Positions 49,557 through 61,189 of a stretch of 64,000 bases of DNA are shown here, piece after piece; position 1 is the stretch's first letter, and the number at the start of each line of letters is the position of its first letter. The DNA is from Hyaloraphidium curvatum SAG 235-1. Its lineage: Eukaryota; Fungi; Monoblepharomycota. The stretch is taken from the NCBI GenBank assembly GCA_025558095.1, contig JAIVFI010000020.1, positions 620,001 to 684,000 on the forward strand. Direction: 5' to 3'. The notes below the pieces were generated by a model. The model did no database searches. It was not told where the DNA came from and saw only the letters and a program-made list of their open reading frames with translations. Both the position numbers and the translations under genes were made by a program.

Positions 49557-50964
49557 ATGGCGGGCGAACCCGAGCTGCCGCCGCCGCCTGCGGGCTTCGA
49601 GTACCGCTTCGACGCGGCGGGCAACGTGCTCCTCGACGAGAAGACCGGGAAGCCGGCGCTGTTCGCGGTCGGCGAGGGCGGCACGGTTGCCGCGGCGTCC
49701 GCGCCATCGCCGGCCGCCGCGCCCGCCGCGCCCGATGCCGCCGCCGCCGCCGCGTCGGCCGCCGAGGTCGCCGCGCATCCCGGCGGCGTCGGCGCGCCCG
49801 GCGCCGCGGGCGACCTCGCCGCCATGTTCGCCGCACAGTCCGACGCCGACAACGCAAAGTCGGGCGCCGCCGAGCTGACCGCCGACCCCAACGACGTCAA
49901 GGCGATTCACTTTGTGCCCGACACCGCGCTGCGTGGGTTCCGCACGCCATTGCGCCTGCCGGCGGTGCGGCTGACCCCGTCCCCCGATCCCCCCCCCACC
50001 AGACGTCGTCGACACCACAAAGGGCACGGTCAACAAGACCGTCGACGCCGTGCAGGACATCTTCGACGACCCCACCGACGCCGCCCAGGACGCCCTGCGG
50101 AACATGTCCGACTTTGCCCAGGACTTTTTCAAGTTCATCTCGCGCGGCAACGTGATCGACCTGGCCGTCGGCATCATCATCGGCAACGCCTTCACCGCCA
50201 TCGTGACCTCGCTCGTGGACGACATGATATCGCCGATCCTGGGGCTGATGGGGAACAAGGACCTGGCGGCCTACAACGCCGTCATGCGGCCCGGGCTGTC
50301 GGGGAACACCTCGTACCCGACCCCGGCGCAGGCAAAGGCGGACCAGGCCATCACGCTCGCATGGGGCAACTTCATCAACGTGGGTTGACGTCCCCGGGGG
50401 GGCGAATTCGGTCCCGAAGACCGCGGCTGACCCGTTCCCTCGCCGTCCCGTCTCCTCCCCCCGCCGTCTTCCGTCTCCTCGACCTCCCCGCACCTCCTCC
50501 TTTGTCCTCCCCCACCCAGTCGATCATCAACTTCTTCCTCATCGCCATCGTCGTCTTCCTCATGATCAAGTTCATCGGCCTCTTCTACCGCAAGAAGGAG
50601 TCCATCGTCCAGGTGTGCTGGTGGTGCCGCGAGCCGCTCAAGGGCGACGCCCGTCGGTGCGACAACTGCGGCTCGGTGATCCCCAGCCGCGCGCAGGAAA
50701 AGGTCATGGAGGTCATGGAGAAGGTGGGACCGCCCGTGGCATGCCGGTGCGGGGCAAGCTGACGCCCCGCAGCGCTACTCGGAGCACATCTCCAGCGCCG
50801 AGGGCATGACCGACCTCGACAAGGCCGCGCTGCAGGCCCAGCTCAACAGCAACATGAACGCGCTCATGATCGGCGCCCCGCTGCCGTTCCCGATCCCGGG
50901 CGGGAAGAAGCTCGAGACGCAGAAGACGGCGGCGACGGCGGCGGGCGTGGCGCCGGCCAAGTGA
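49557..50964 (+). CDS. mscL: Large-conductance mechanosensitive channel MscL homolog, copy 2
   Basis: [44 protein letters not shown]|[17 protein letters not shown] and CWWC...CDNC. Introns at about 49933-50002, 50380-50519 and 50724-50772. Confidence 0.92.
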
Positions 50965-51628
50965 GCGGGCCGGGGATGAGGCGCGGGTCGGCGGTCCGGG
51001 TTGTGGGCGCGTCGGCCGGAATCAACTCGAGGGCAAGACGGGATGGGGGTTCACTGTTGTCGATATGGCCGGGGGTTGGCACATGTACGTATACGACGGG
51101 CGCGGGGATACCCGTGCCGCGCACCATCAAACATCGTTATCGTTCGTCTCCGTCTCTGCAGGGCGGGACCGGTCCGGACGTGCGGTGGAGCGAGCGCGGA
51201 AGGATCGACGGGGCGTTCCTCCGACCGGGGCGGCCATCACCCCCGCTGCAAGCCCGCGGGACCGGAATCCCGGCGGGACGATCAATCGGCCAGGATGAGC
51301 TGCACGGCAGCCGTGAGCCCGGTTCGCCCGGCGGCCGCCGACGTGGTGCGATTCGAAGAGCCGAGGACGGGGAAGCGTATCACCAAGGATATCACACAGC
51401 TCAAACACAGTGGCCGGACCAGGGCCACGTACACCAAATACAGGCGTGGGCAAGGAACAAGGAGAACCATCGGGTAGGGATTCGTTCTTGCTTCGAAGCC
51501 GTCGTCTGCGGGGGACACGGGGAAGCTTTCCAGCCGTGCAGAGCGTTCATCACTCCAACGTGCACGCCCCGGTCATGCCATCAACACACGACGCGTTCAG
51601 TCGTCCAACGGTGTACACATCGAAAAAT

Positions 51629-54341
51629 CTACAGCTTCGGCGCGGTCTCCTTGTAGCGCACCTCGAAACCCTCGAACTTGCCCGTCTGCATCACCATGTC
51701 AGCGAGCCGTCTCCCATCCCGGCCGGCAAATAGCGACCCACCTTCTTGATCCGGTCCAGGTGCCCGTACATCCTGTCGCGGTACATGATCGGCCCGCCGC
51801 CGTAGTTCTGCGCGCGGTTGACGACCTTCCGCAGCAGCGCGATGTTGCCCTCGGCGTTGTCTGGGGAACGGGACGACGTCAGCCCTGCACCACCGCACAA
51901 AAACGGAGAACGGACAGTAGCCAGGCGTACAACCCTCCCTGAAGTCGTAGTTCTCCTTGCCCGTCGCCAGCACCTCCCTGGTCCACTCCTCCTCCGCCTC
52001 CCTGGTGACCTCGAGCACGTCCACCCCCCTCCTCACGGCCTCTGCCAGCACCCCGGCGCCGAAGGTGGCCTGCAGCGAGAAGGTCGAGGTGAAGTTGGGC
52101 GAGTTGCTCGCCTGCGCGGCGCCGAAGGAGAAGCAGTTGGGGAAGCCGTGGGTGCAGGTGCCGAACAGGGTCGCGAAGCCGTCGCGGGTGTGCTTCTCTT
52201 TGGGGGTCAGCCCCTCCCGGCCGACGATGCGGTAGTCGGCCTTGACGTCGATCACGGTGCTGGGAAGGGGGTCAGATGGATGCGAAGGTGCGGGCGTGGG
52301 AAGACGTATACCCCGTCACGGTAAACCCGGTCGACCTGTTTGGGCGAACGTCAGCGCTTCCATCGAGATCCCGTGCCGGCACGGGCCTACCAGATGATGC
52401 AGTCCGTCTGGTACTCCTTCCCGTCCACGACGACCCCGCGCGGGGTGATGGCCTCGATCCCCTTGGCGTTGGAGCAGTCGACCAGCTCGACATTGGGCCT
52501 GTTGAAGCTCGGCAGGACTGGCGGGGCGGGTCAGCACGGGTCCGGCGAGGGTGAGAGGGCACACACATTCGTCGCTGTACACCGGCCTCTTGCACCTGGA
52601 GACCGTCGACGAATGAGCGGCGGGGCGTCCGGCGGCAGGAGAGCACGCACCAGAGGTTGTACCACGGCTTGAGCGCCTCGGCCGTCTTCTTGTCCTTGAC
52701 CGTGTCCTCGACGCGCTTGCGGAGGCGCTGCATGAGGCGGTAGTCGCCGAGCTGGTAGAGCTGGCCCGTCGACTGTGCGCGGAACAGTCAGCTCCAGACA
52801 GAGGCGCCGAGGGCGTCGGCGCCGCCCGCCGTCCACGCACGTATTTCTGCCCCTCCTCGTCCTTGTACCACATCTTCCTGTTGGCGTACGCGAACCACTC
52901 CTGGAACGAGTTGCTGAACCCGTCGTCGATGGGCTCCTTGCACCCCGCCACGGCGCCCTTCTGGAACTTCTCGTCGCGCGCCGCGTGCCAGCCCTTTTTG
53001 GAGGTCACCTCGCGCCACCACGCGGGGTCCGTCGACGCGTTGGCGCGGATGTCGACGGCCGAGGGGGTGCGCTGGAAGACGAGGAGCTTCTTGGCGGATT
53101 TGGCGAGGTAGGGGATGCACTGGATGGCAGTGGCTGGACGGCAGGCAGTCAGAATGGCCGACGGGAAAGGGGAGCAAGACGGGCAGACCTCCAGTGCCGA
53201 TGATGGCCACGGTCTTGTCGTTCAGGCCCTTCATGTCGTAGTCGCCCGTCATGGGGTTGCCGCCGGTGTACTCATAGTCCCAGCGCGCGGTGCTGGACCA
53301 TCGATGTCAGCGGGACGAAAGGGTGGTAAGAAGGCGAAGAAACCCACTGGAACTCCTTGCCCTCGAACGAGTCGATGCCGGGGACGTCGGGGAGGTGCGG
53401 ACAGTTGAGCGCTGTGGGTATTGAGTCGCGCAAAGACGGGTCAGACTCAAACGAGCCAACACGAGCGACCGACCACCCACGTCCGCCGCAGACGAGCAGC
53501 CACTTGGCCGCGAACTTGTCACCCCTGTCCGTGTAACCCCTCCACACCCTCCCCGCGTCGTCCCACTTGGCCTCCACGACGCTCGTCTGGAACATGGCGT
53601 TGGGGTACAGGTCGTAGTGCTTGGCGATGATCTGGGCGTACTTGAGGATCTCGGGTGCGCCGACGTACTTGGCGCTCGGCATGTAGCCCGTTTCCTCCAG
53701 CATGGGGAGGTACTGCCGGCGGGATCAACTGATCAGGGCGGGACGGGTCGGGCGGCGCGACGAGACCCACGCAATAGGCTTCCGAGTCGCAGGCGGCACC
53801 GGGGTACCGGTTCCAATACCAGGTCCCGCCAAAATCGCCAGCCTTGTCGATGATCTTGAAGTCCGTGATCTGCAGGGCGGTCAGAAGGCTCGCAAAGGGG
53901 GTGGGGGGAGGACGGCGACGCACCCCGGCCTCCTTGAGCTTCCCGCCCAGCAGCAGCCCCGAGAACCCGGCGCCCAAAATCACGGCCTCGGTGGTAAACT
54001 CCTGCGCCGGCCGCTCGACGTATTTCGTCCACGGGTCCGTGAGCCAGTGCTTGAACTTCTCGCCCTTGCCCTCGCCCTTCCCGGCGTCACGTCAGCGGAC
54101 GGCGGCGGCGGCGCAGCGGCGGCACCCACGACGGTAATGTACTGCTCGCTGCCATCGGTGCGGATCCGCTTGTCCCTTTCGGCCCTGTAGCGGGCCTTGA
54201 GCTGCGGCGGTCGGCCGGCGAGTCAGGAGGCGGGCTGGGAGACACCGCGTGCGGCGGCCGGCGAACCTCGTCGGGGTCAAAGTCGATCTTCCAGATGTCG
54301 TGCGGGAAGCGCTTCGTCGCGTCCTCGGTCGCCAGCGCCAT
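51629..54341 (-). CDS. Baeyer-Villiger (type I flavin) monooxygenase, C-terminal PKL
   Basis: [19 protein letters not shown], the FxGxxxHxxxW fingerprint (FEGKEF|HTARWDY), IIGTG and PWYNLWCKRP; many introns. Confidence 0.92.
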
Positions 54342-54645
54342 GGCGGGGGAGGGGGACAACGGAGGGATGTTCTCCTGGCCTTGCCACTCGACGTGCGCCA
54401 CTTCCGTCACGATTAGTCACACGCAGATCACCCGCAAACGGGAAAAGAGGTTGGGAGACGATCTCAAATAATGGCATCGTACTCAGTGTCCAAACGTCCT
54501 GTAGGCCGGGACTGACCCAGGTGAAGGCCAGCCAATGTGCGGCTTTGCGATCGCGCCACCCCCGGCCACTAGCAGGTCCTCCGCCGCAGCTACTGTACAA
54601 AGACGTTGTCTCTCTCTGATACAAAGCAAATGCGGCGCGCCGGCC

Positions 54646-56099
54646 TCACCCGACCGCGACCCCCCCGCACGCCGTCTGCGGCCCGAACGCCAGCCCCGCG
54701 CCCCTCGCCACCGTGTACAGCCCGAGCCCGACCGTGAAGGACGTCGCCGCCGCCGTCCGCACGACGGAGTGGTCCACCGCGGCGCCCAAGAACCTCGCGC
54801 GGGGATCCTCGGCCGCGAATGCAGAGAGCAGCGCTGCGTGGGCGCGCGCGGAGGGGGTGCCGAGGCGGAGGAGGGAGGAGGCGGCGCACGCGTAGGCCGT
54901 CCGCACGGTGGCGATCCCCGCGTTCCACGAGGCGACGAGGACGGCGTCGCGGAGCAGCTTGAGCGCCTGCAGCGCCGCGCAGACGGGCGGCCAGAGCGGT
55001 ATGCAGCCGCCGCGGAAGGCAAAGGGGAGGGCGGCGAGCAGCGACAGTACGAGGAAGAAGGCGACGAGGCCGCGGCCAAAGGAGGCGCGGACGCGGTGCG
55101 CGTGCCAGCTAGACGCGAGGGTGTCGTGCAGCGCAGCATAGGGCTCCGAGGATATCGGAACCGGCTCCGGCTGCGCTTCCCCGGGGTCCATGGCCGCGCC
55201 CTCGATCGCCGCCGCCCGCTCGCGGTCCAGCAGGTCCCCCAGCAGCACCACCACCGCGCGGTGCCGCAGCCTTTTGGCGAGCCCCAGCGGCGGGTGGCCC
55301 GTGACCGACATGGGCAGGTGCTGGCTGCCGTTGTACGCGAGCGAGGCGGCGAAATAGAGCGAGGCCAGGGAGGCGCTCCACGGCGTGTTCCAGGTCCGCG
55401 GGGCAAAGGTGACGATCGCGGTCCAGGAAATCAGGATCTCGACGGCCATTTGCACGGGAGCGTGGAAGGTGAACGTGGCGAGCAACGCCTCGGCGGCGGC
55501 GAAATCCGCCGACCGGCCCGCGCACGTGGGGGCGGGGCACGAGCACATGCCGTCCCCCTCCCTGTGCAGCAGCAGCACCGAGCCGGGCTCGTGCCTGGCC
55601 AGCTGCGCGTACCTTGCGGCGCCGGCCCAGGGGTCCGCGTCGGCCGTCCGTGCGCCGTACTGCGCGACCATGCCGCGGGACGACAGCTGCGACGCCACGC
55701 TGCCGACGAGGCTGGCGACGATGAAGATCGCGATCGTCGCGGTGGCCAGGGCGAGCTGGTCCGCCGGGAAATCACGTTGGTGCCGTTGAATACCCACAGC
55801 GGCGCGCAGAGTGCCCCGATGTTGGCGAGGAGCAGCACGATGAGCGGGGCGAATTTCCTCGCGATGGGCACGAGGAGCCGGTAGAGCCGCGCACACAGCC
55901 GCGCCGCGCCGTCGCCGAGCGCGCCATCGATCGCCGCCTCCGTCAGCGGGTCGGAGCCGCGGAGGGTCTGCGCGGCATCGGCCGCCGCGGGCGCGGCAAA
56001 CAGCCGCTCCGCGAGGGACGGCGGCGGCGCTTCGGGGAAAATGGCGAGCAGCTCCCGCGGCGTCAGCGTCAGAGGCGCCTTTTCCGGTGCGGGGGACAT
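54646..56099 (-). pseudogene. Third member of the putative 7TM ion-channel-like family, frameshifted near 55775 (pseudogene or sequence error)
   Basis: The N-terminus (LTPRELLAIFP...LRGSDPL) is in one frame. The rest (FPADQLAL...GDGMCSCPAPTC...RARFLGAAVDHSVVRT) is in another. Confidence 0.6.
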
Positions 56100-56409
56100 G
56101 GCGGACGCGGGGAAAGGCTGGGGGCGGCGGTCGGCGCACGGGCTCACGCCCAAGCAGGGACCACATCCAACGCACGTTCGGAAGCCCGATCGACGGGCAC
56201 CTGTGCATGTTCCCCTTTACATCGACCCCGGTCCGGCCGGGATCGGCCGCGAGCCCTGCTCGCTGCTTGATATATGTGGAATTCAACGCCCGCCCTGCGG
56301 GCCCCCCCAACGAACGCGTGTGGTATGCCGAAGGTGGTTGGAGTTGTATCGTGCGGCCGAGCCGGTCGGTCCGCGTGGTGGAGCTGCGTTGTTATAGGGC
56401 GGAGGCCGG

Positions 56410-57615
56410 CTAGCAGTACCGCCATTGCTGGAACGCAAGACGTCAGCACCACCTGCCTTCCGAGCACCGGAGCCGGGAAACCCACGATGGGAAATTCGGC
56501 GTCGCCCCAGTTCCCCGTGTTCCTTCCGAACGCCCTCAGCACGGCCGGGGTGAGGTCGATCGAGCCGTACCCGCACCCCGCGCACCGGTCGCCGACCGTG
56601 ACCCGCACGGTGCCGCCGCGCTCGAGGTCGCGGATCTCGACGCAGCGGCCGCAGCCGGTGTACTGCGCGGCGTTCATGGCGACGGTCCAGGAGTTGTCGT
56701 CTGGAAGCGGGGGGAAGGGAGGAGGGAAGTCAGCGGGGAGAAGTAAGGGAGGCCGGGGGGGGGGGGCGCGCCCACCGATCCGGTTGTCGCACGAGCCCAT
56801 GCACGACCACCCGTGGTTCTGCGCCGGGTCGCACGGGTTGAACCACGTCGCGCGGCCCGAGAACTGGTACTGCGGCGGCGGAGGAGGCGGCGGGGGCGCG
56901 GGGCGGCGCGTCGTGATCCGGGGGAGGTTGGCCCTGCCGCGGTCGGTCGTCCTGCGGCGCTTCGCGGTGGTGTGTTTGCCGGTGGGTGCCGGGGCGCGGC
57001 GGGTGGTCCGCCGGGGGAGGCGCCGGGAGGTGGCCTTCCGACGGGCCGAGGTGGCCTTCCGGCGTGCCGAGGTGGCTTTACGGCGGGTGGTCGCCTTGCG
57101 GCGGGCCGAGGTGGCCTTGCGGCGCGCCGAGGTCGCTTTCCGGCGGACGGTGGTCTTTCTTGCCGGGGCATTGGGTTGCACGGGGCTGGAAAGGGCGAGG
57201 CAGGTCAGGAGATCGGTCGCGAGTCATGGCGTGATCCGGGAGTGACAGGCGAGGGCTGCCCGGTCCGGCCGGGACGGATCCCGCTCCCGGGCCTCGCCAA
57301 AAGGCATCCCGGTCACTGCCACACCGAACGAGGTGGCCGCGGCCGTTCCCGGTGTCCGTTGCCGGGACCCTGACCCCGATCTGCCCTCCCATCCTGGGAG
57401 CACACCCACATCGTGATGGGCGCCACGCGGTCGCCGGCTGTGGGCACCTCCGGCACCGGGACCTCGGTGGAATTTGCCGGCGCGTCCGCGGCCGGCGCGG
57501 GGCTTGCCAGGTCTGCGGAATCGGCCAGCTGGCCGAGCGAGGCCGCGGGCAGCATCGCGGCGGCCAGCGCCAGGAGCAGCGCGGCGCGCGGCCGGAAAAG
57601 GGCGGCGAGCCGCAT
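56410..57615 (-). CDS. Secreted RlpA/DPBB (expansin/barwin-like) protein with basic repeat linker
   Basis: Signal MRLAALFRPRAALLLALAAA; FSGRATWF, VAMN, CGRCVEI and VGDRCAGCGYGSIDLT motifs. Confidence 0.87.
57020..57160 (-). repeat. Coding tandem repeat, about 6 units of 18-21 nt encoding RRKAT(S)A
   Basis: Repeated gccgaggtggcctt(g/c)cgg units on the + strand; translation RRKATSARRKATSARRKATTRRKATSARRKATSARRKATS. Confidence 0.85.
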
Positions 57616-58554
57616 CGTGCGGGGGGCGGGCGGCCGAGGGGGCAGAGGGCCGCGGGAGAGAGGTGCGGTGGCGAGCGGCGGGCGGTGCGATTCGCGGGGC
57701 TCCGGTCCCGGCCCGGCCGCGATGGCGTGGCCGCGGGAGGCGGGGAGAGTGCTCGCGGGCAGTGGGCGGAGATCCGGCTCCGCTTCTCCTGCCTTTGCCC
57801 GCTGTCGTAGAATGCTTTTCGTCCTCGGCGGTGTCGGGATGGCGGCAGAGCGGCGGCCAACGGGTCCGGCCACGGCGGGCTGGGACGCGCAGGCGGGCTG
57901 GTGCGCGGTTCTACCGAGGGTTACTTCGCCTGCATGCACCTTCCGTAGCACATCAATGCTAGTCACCGCAACCAATGCAGCGGCTCCTCGGCCCCCAGTT
58001 ACGCCGTTTCCCGCCCCCAGCGTCCATCTCCGTGCCCGCCATCGGCCCAGCGGCCGGCTCCCAAGATGGCATCTCGGGCAAACTCTCCCCCAGCCCGCCC
58101 GCATGCTAGGGCTTTCCCTCGCCGCCGCGTGCCGCCGGCCGACGGGCCACTCCATCCCATTTCACGGCCGACGGGATTCCGCAGGTGGCCGCCGTCGGCC
58201 GCGCCCTCCGGTGATTTTTCATTTCCCCGGCGCGGGGTAGTCCCGCGGGTTTTCTTCCCCGGGGGGGGCAACGCTTCGGCTCGGCATTTCGCGGGGCGCC
58301 CGTCCCGTGCCGTCGGCCAGGGTCCGGCAGGTGATTCCGCGGGACCCGGAAAGCGAAGGCGGGCGTACCGCGGCGGACAGACGGGGGACAGACACGAAGA
58401 TGTGCCCTTCGTGCAGTATACCTTGCGCGCGTACTGGAATAGATGACCGGATCGCGGCGCGAGTAAGAAGTCCCAAGAAGTGTACTGGCCAACTCGACCG
58501 TCGCGCGGCGAACTCCTTCCACCGCACTCTCCCCGAAGCCCGACCGCCCTCCCC

Positions 58555-60746
58555 CTACTTCTTCGCCTTCTTCACCGCGGCATCCACAACCTGCCCGGAC
58601 CGGCATCAGCCCCTCTTCTCTCCCTCGGCGCCACGGGCGACCCACCTTCATCATCTCGATCACCTTCTCCTCCTCCAGCCTCCTCCCGACCACCTGCACC
58701 CCGACGGGGGTGCCCTCGTACAGCTCGGGCGAGTAGGCCTTGTGCACCGCCTCCTCCATCGTGTTGGCGAACGACGTGGGGGGGGTGTTCTTGTCGGCGA
58801 GGGTGACGGCGGTGACGGGGACGACGCCGGCCGAGAGGTCCGTCACGTTGACTTTCCCGGCGGGGAACGCGGTCAGCTTCCGCACGCATCGCAACGCGGC
58901 GCGGCGCAAAGGGAGGACCCACACTGGATCGTGTACGAAATCGCGCCGAACAGCTCGCCCGACTTGAAGTGCGGCGCCGCCGGGATCGCGCTCACGGGGG
59001 CGATGATCCCGTCGATCCCCGCCTTCTCCATCGCCGCGAGGTACTCGGCCTTGACCGTCTCGCGGTCCACGGTGCCGGCCCACACCTCGTCGAGGCCGAT
59101 GGGCTTCTTGTCGTAGGCCGAGCGCACGGCGTCGTGCGGGCCGCCTTCGATCCAGTTCATGCCGGGGACGAGCGAGTCGCCGCCCGCCTTCATCAGGTCG
59201 AGGAACTGCCCCATGTAGGCGCCGAAATCGAAGAGGGAGTAGGCGAAGAGCTTTTCGGTGCTGGGGGGCTTCCACTCGACGACTGTCCCGCGGGGCAGGC
59301 GGATTCGGCGAGCGCGCGATAAAATCGGGGCAGGATCGGCGCGTACGCATCGGGGCGGCACGAAATCAGCATGCGTCCTTGGCAGACCGAGCGTCGCAAC
59401 CCACCTTCATGGCCCGCGGCCTTGATGGCCGCCACCGCCTCCTCCACCGCCCGCACCACCGGCGCCACGGGCTGGATCAGCCCGTTGGTGGTGAAGTACC
59501 CGAACTTCAGCTTGGCGGGGAGCTTCACGTCCGCGTAGGGGAACGGGAGGCAGTCCGGGTCCAGGGCCGCCGAGCGGGGGCCGCAGACGACGCGGGAGTA
59601 GAGCTCGAGGTCCTCGATGGAGTTGGCCATGGGGCCCTTGACGGGGGCTGCGGAACGGGGGTAAGTGTGTGTGAGTGGAACGGGAGGAAGGGGGCAGGGA
59701 AGTACCGATGGCGTCGGGGATGCCGATGAGGAGGGAGGCGCTGCCGGCGTAGGGGAAGCGGCGGGCCGACGGCTTGAGCCTGTGGGCACAATGCGGTTCG
59801 AAAGTCAGCCGTCGGTGCAGCGACACACCTTCCCGTCCACCCACCCGTAGATCCCGTTCATGCCCGACGGCAGCCTGATGCTCCCCCCGATGTCCGAGCC
59901 TACGCCCAGCAGCGAGCCCCGGAGGCCCACGAGCGCGCCCTCGCCGCCCGACGAGCCGCCGGCGGCCACGCGGGTGTTGAGCGAGCCGAGCACCTTGCCC
60001 CAGACCGGGTTGTCCGACTCCCACGTCATCTGCAAACGGGCCGGTCAGGCAGACGTCGACATCCACACAGAGCGTGCTTACGAGACACTGCGGCACGTTG
60101 GTCTTGGCATAGAAAACCGCGCCCTCGTCCATGAGCACCTGCGGCACGGCGCCGTAGTTCTCCACGGGCTTGCGGCTCCACGCCGACAGGCCCCAGGTCG
60201 TGAGCTTGCCCGGCAGGTTGTTGTCGTCCTTGAGCGACACGGGCAGGCCGTGCATGCGGCCGAGGGGCTTGCCGGAGGCGGCAAAGTCGGCGTCGATCTG
60301 CTTGGCGCGGGCGATGGCCTCGTCGAAGAAGACTGGGGGCGATCAGGGGGTGGAGGTAAGGGGCACGGCGGGGGCGACCCACTCTCGGTGAGGCAGTTTG
60401 TGTAGGCGTGTGCCAGGGCGGCGCGGTGGCAGATTGCCGTGACCAGCTCCTCGCTCTTGAGCTTGCCGGCCACCATGAGCTGCGGGGGGCAGGAAAGGGA
60501 GACATTTCAATTAGGACCGTTACAAGGGCAATCCTAACCCGTGCAGGCGATTACCTCGACGGCCTTGACGGCGGTGAGTTCCGTCAGCTCCCTCTCGCGT
60601 GGGCTCAGCGCGGCCTCGACCGCCTTGAGCGGGTGCGGCCCGGCCTTCTCGACGTCGGCGGCGGCGACGCGCCACGCGGCGGGGATCTTGTCCAGCTGCG
60701 CCTGGCGCAGGGCCGCGTTCTCGCTGCTCGCGTCGCCGGACGGCAT
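58555..60746 (-). CDS. Amidase signature family enzyme (fungal acetamidase/FAAH-like)
   Basis: HGLPVSLKD, KTNVPQ, GGSSGGEGA, GSDIGGSIRLP and PVGVQVVGRRLEEE motifs; many introns. Confidence 0.92.
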
Positions 60747-61189
60747 CTTCGGATGGCGGGGAGGGAAAGATGTGGCGAGTGAGTTGGGAGCGTTGGCCGG
60801 CGGCGAGGCGCGGGGGCGCCGATGCGGGCTCCGCCGCGCACTGTGGCAAGGAAACTTCTGCGGGCTACCCCTCGTCTACCCATTCGATCCGAAGCGCTAA
60901 CTTGTGTCTGATGCGTTGTTTTCGTCCCCGGGCCGGCGGGTCTTCTTTAATCGGCGGCGTGAGCTGACCGGTGTCGGCGGGCGCCATAATCCGATCCGCT
61001 GGCCTGCTAGCTCACCGGAATCCATGCGACACAAAGGGTTAGGACGGCTATCTCGATGACAATGCTGGGGGCTGGCAGTGTCATCCGCTCCATCTCGCGG
61101 AGGTCGGCCGGCGCGCCCCGGGATGAGCCTATTCCCCCGCCCCCGCGCCACGCCCGCATCCCCACGCCAATCGCCCCCACCCCTCCCGC

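Noticed and set aside
51295-51620. Short ORF (MSCTAAVSP...) followed by a Cys-rich stretch weakly like the one at 42026
   Set aside because: I could not build a coherent start, splice and stop model, and the similarity is too weak.
57020-57160. Repeat array as CRISPR or mobile-element repeat
   Set aside because: There are no spacers. The units are in-frame, degenerate at synonymous sites, and lie inside a CDS.
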